A stretch of 64,000 bases of DNA from an uncultured Candidatus Rokubacteria bacterium. Its GTDB lineage: Bacteria; Methylomirabilota; Methylomirabilia; Rokubacteriales; DASRDR01. Numbering within the stretch: position 1 is the first letter of the stretch; each line of letters begins with the position of its first letter. The notes under the pieces are model-generated. The model searched no databases and was not told where the DNA came from. It saw only the letters and a list, made by a program, of their open reading frames with translations. This document shows, piece after piece, positions 61,022-64,000 of the stretch. Location of the stretch: assembly GCA_963745015.1 (NCBI GenBank), contig CAVUVU010000018.1:13524-77523 (forward strand), in the 5' to 3' direction. The translations under genes and the position numbers were made by a program.

Positions 61022-63370
61022 CTACTTCACCTCGAGGATGACCTTGTTGATCTTGCCGGTGAATCGCGTCTCCGGGCCGATGCCGATCCCCTCGGCGACC
61101 GGCGTCTGGTTGTCGATGCCGACGTCGGCCGTCTCGTCCGCCGAGAAGACGTTGGGCTGGGTCTTCTCGACACGCCCCTCGGCGACGGGTTTGCCGTTCA
61201 CGGAGAGGGTCGCCTTGCCGCCCTTGCCGACTCCGCCGCCGTCATAGGCGAAGTCGAGGGTGACCGTGGCCGGGCCGGCCGGCAGCGCTTCCGGGGCGGC
61301 CACGGTGTAGCGCGCCAGCCCGAGGAAGTTGTACGTGTAGATCGGCTTGCCGTCCTTCATGTACAGGGACCAGCCGCCAAAGCGCCCGCCCTGCGACAGG
61401 ATCGCGCCGTTGGCGCCGCCGGCCGGAATGTCGAGCTCGGCGGTGATCTTGCTCGACCGGTTCTTCACGTTCATGAAGGTGTTTTCGAGCATGCCCTGCA
61501 TCCCCTCGTAGAGCGTGAGGGACGTGCGAGTCGCCCAGGACGTCCGGCCGGCCCGCGAGGGCCGGGTTCATGCGCTCGATGGTCCGGTCGTCGATCGGCA
61601 GCACGTGGTACTTCTGGGCTTCCTTCATGAACAGGGCCTGCATCTCCTTCAGCTTCGCGGGCTGCTGGGCGGCCAGGTTCCGGGTGAGGCTGAAATCGCT
61701 CCGCACGTCGTAGAGGTCCCAGACATCGGACGTCAGCGGCGGCAGGTTGCTCGTCTGCCAGGGCGCGCGGTGGATGGTCCGGGCGAACCAGCCCTCGTGG
61801 TAGATGGCGCGATTGCCGAACATCTCGAAGTACTGGGTCTTGTGGCGATCCGCCGCCTTCGCGTCGTTGAAGGCGTAGAGCATGCTGGTGCCCTCGATGG
61901 GCGTCTGCACCGTGCCGTTGACGCTCTTGGGCTGCGGCAGGCCGGCGGCCTCCAGGATCGTGGGGGCGACGTCGATGACGTGCGAGAACTGGCTGCGCAG
62001 GCCGCCCTTTTCCTTGATGCCCTTCGGCCAGTGGATGACCGTGCCGTTGCGGGTGCCGCCGAAGTCGGACGCCACCTGCTTGGTCCACGAGAAGGGCGTG
62101 TCGAAGGCCACCGCCCAGCCCGCCGACATGTGCGGGAAGGTCGTCGGGCCGCCCCACTGGTCGATCAAGCGGGATGAGGTCCTCCACCTTCTCGGTCACG
62201 CCGTTGAAGTAGGTCATCTCGTTGTACATGCCGACGAAGCCGCCCTCGGCGCTCGTGCCGTTGTCGCCGGCGATGTAGATGAACAGGGTGTTGTCCAGCT
62301 CGCCGATGTCTTCCAGCGCCTTCCGGAATCGTCCGATCTCGTTGTCGGTGTGCTCCAGGAAGCCCGCGAAGACCTCGGCCTGGCGGGCGAAGAGGCGCCG
62401 CTGGTCCGCCGGCAGCGTGTCCCACGCCACGATGTCCTTGGGCCGGTCGCCGAGCCGGGCGTTCGCGGGGACCACGCCCAGCTTCTTCTGTCGATCGAGC
62501 GTCTCGGTCCGGACCTGGTCCCAGCCCTTGTCGAACTGGCCCTTGTACTTGTCCGCCCACTCCTTCGGCACGTGGTGCGGCGCGTGGACCGCGCCGGTCG
62601 CGTAGTAGACGAAGAACGGCTTGTCCGGTGTCATCGACTGCTGGGCCTTCACCCAGTTGATGGCCTGGTTCGTCATGTCGACGGTGAAGTGGTAGTCCTT
62701 CGTGTGCGGGGGGTCGACCTTGATCACGCCGTCGTAGACGAGCGGGTACCACTGGTCGGTCTCGCCGCCGATGAAGCCGTAGAACTTGTCGAACCCCTGG
62801 TGGGTGGGCCACCGGTCGAAGGGACCCGACACGCTGGTCTCCCAGGCGGCGGTCTCGTGCCACTTGCCGAAGGCGCCGGTGCTGTAGCCGTTCAGCCGGA
62901 GCATCTCCGCCAGGGGCGCCACGCTGTTCGGGACCTGCCCGGTGTTGCCGGGAAAGGCCGTCGAGCTCTCCATGATCGAGCCGGTGTTGGTGGTGTGGTG
63001 GTTCCGTCCGGTCTTGAGCGCGTTGCGCGTCGGCGAGCACAGCGCGGTGGTGTGGAAGTTGTTGAAGCGCAGGCCGGACTGGGCCAGCTGGTCCATCGTC
63101 GGCGTGCGGATGGGGCCGCCGAACGTGCTGGGCCCGCCAAAGCCGATGTCGTCGATCAGCACGATCACGACGTTGGGGGCGCCCGGGGGCGCCTTGACCT
63201 CGAACCGCGCCGGCGGCTTGGCCTTGCGCGCGTCGAGCTCGGTGTAGGTCGGCGGCTTGGGCTCCGCGATCGGCAGGGTCGTGCGATCGAGCTTCCCCTG
63301 CGCCGACGCCGCCGTGGCGGCGATGGTCAGCGCGAGGCCCAGAACGGCGGACACGGTGACTCTGCTTCAA
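61022..63370 (-). CDS. large arylsulfatase with a C-terminal beta-sandwich domain; two or three frame breaks
   Basis: NVVIVLIDDIGFG, ALCSPTRNALKTGRNHH (C-x-P-x-R), GKWH, IAGDNGTSAEG / LIDQWGGPTTFPHMSAGW… / TRTSLTLYEGMQGMLENTFMNVKNRS…GGWSLYMKDGKP… The switches are near 62165-72 and 61528-35. The TTG 63370 after AAAGAGGAGG is in a different frame from the signal peptide (VSAVLGLALTIAATAASA). Confidence 0.75.
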
Positions 63371-63598
63371 GTGCGCCTCCTCTTTCGGATGAGAAGAACG
63401 AGCGCCGATCGCTCACTCACTTCGCCAGCTCGACATCGTCCGACTTCACAGGTTGTCTCGTACCGGAGCATGGGCGGCGCGCAGAGCCGGGGACTCGTGC
63501 TCGATCCCCTGCCCGGAAATGGTCCCGGACCCAGTTCCATTCCTGCCGGGCGTCCCGCGCGGGCATGGGCTTCGTGGTCACGCCCTCGGTCCGGACGG

Positions 63599-64000
63599 CT
63601 ACTTGGGGAACAGGAGCTGGATCTGGACCCGCAGCTGCCACTCGGCCGCGTTGTCCGGCCGCACCACGTTGTAGTAGGCGCTGGCCTGCGCGTTCACGGG
63701 CAGCTTGCCGATCCGGACGATCTTGCCCACGCCGGCGCCGATGGGCACGGTCCACCGGTTGTCGCTCTCCGCTTCCCAGTCGGCCGTGATGATCGGCGCC
63801 GTGACCACGTACCACGCGTCGGGCAGGTTGTAGTTCACGAACGGCTGGATCAGCATCTGGTTCACGTCCCGGCGATCGCTGTCCCCGGCGAACGACCAGA
63901 CGTTGTTGATCAGGGCGCCGAGCACCCACGGCCCGTGCACCGTCAGCGCGACGGCCGTCGGTCCCGCGCCCCACTTGCCCTGGCCCAGCGAGTCGTCCGT
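63599..64000 (-). CDS. outer-membrane beta-barrel-type protein, C-terminal part; the gene runs off the right edge
   Basis: …NVWSFAGDSDRRDVNQMLIQPFVNYNLPDAWYVVTAPIITADWEA…WQLRVQIQLLFPK has a C-terminal aromatic, barrel-like end. The frame stays open to position 64000. Confidence 0.5.
   Translation of the reverse strand, partial: TDDSLGQGKWGAGPTAVALTVHGPWVLGALINNVWSFAGDSDRRDVNQMLIQPFVNYNLPDAWYVVTAPIITADWEAESDNRWTVPIGAGVGKIVRIGKLPVNAQASAYYNVVRPDNAAEWQLRVQIQLLFPK

Overview
GC-rich bacterial chromosomal segment; third codon positions are almost all G/C. I recognised no rRNA, tRNA, CRISPR array, transposase or phage gene. It holds about 70 protein-coding genes or gene remnants. Left to right: (1) a partial cNMP-binding protein, an EVE-domain protein, and a DUF2160-type (glycerol-like) sugar ABC importer with a DeoR/GlpR repressor; (2) a three-domain copper nitrite reductase (nirK); (3) a stress/hypoxia-style island with CBS proteins, five universal-stress-protein genes, phosphoketolase, acetate kinase, Dps, a globin, a cyclase-YHS fusion and an APC permease; (4) a minus-strand, translationally coupled nitric-oxide-type operon: DUF2269-like, cytochrome c-prime-like, NnrS-like, ScdA_N, DUF2249 x2, a His-rich 12-TM protein, a radical-SAM/SPASM-DUF59 fusion and a small 4-TM protein; (5) a patch of gene remnants; (6) a candidate extracellular-electron-transfer locus: a lipoprotein decahaem MtrA/PioA-like cytochrome, an MtrB/PioB-like porin, a PAS-LuxR regulator, a c552/EB_dh-type haem protein, and a tetrahaem cytochrome + Tat FeS protein + NrfD-like subunit; (7) citrate synthase, an ACT-malic enzyme, a Met-rich periplasmic protein, oxidoreductases, a Crp/Fnr regulator, two arylsulfatases and accessory genes. 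Main caveat: I see roughly 30 single-base frame disruptions in about 20 otherwise recognisable genes, often at G/C runs. Either the assembly carries indel errors or parts of the locus are decaying. All frameshift coordinates are approximate and hand-derived. All family calls rest on motif recognition by eye, not on database searches.
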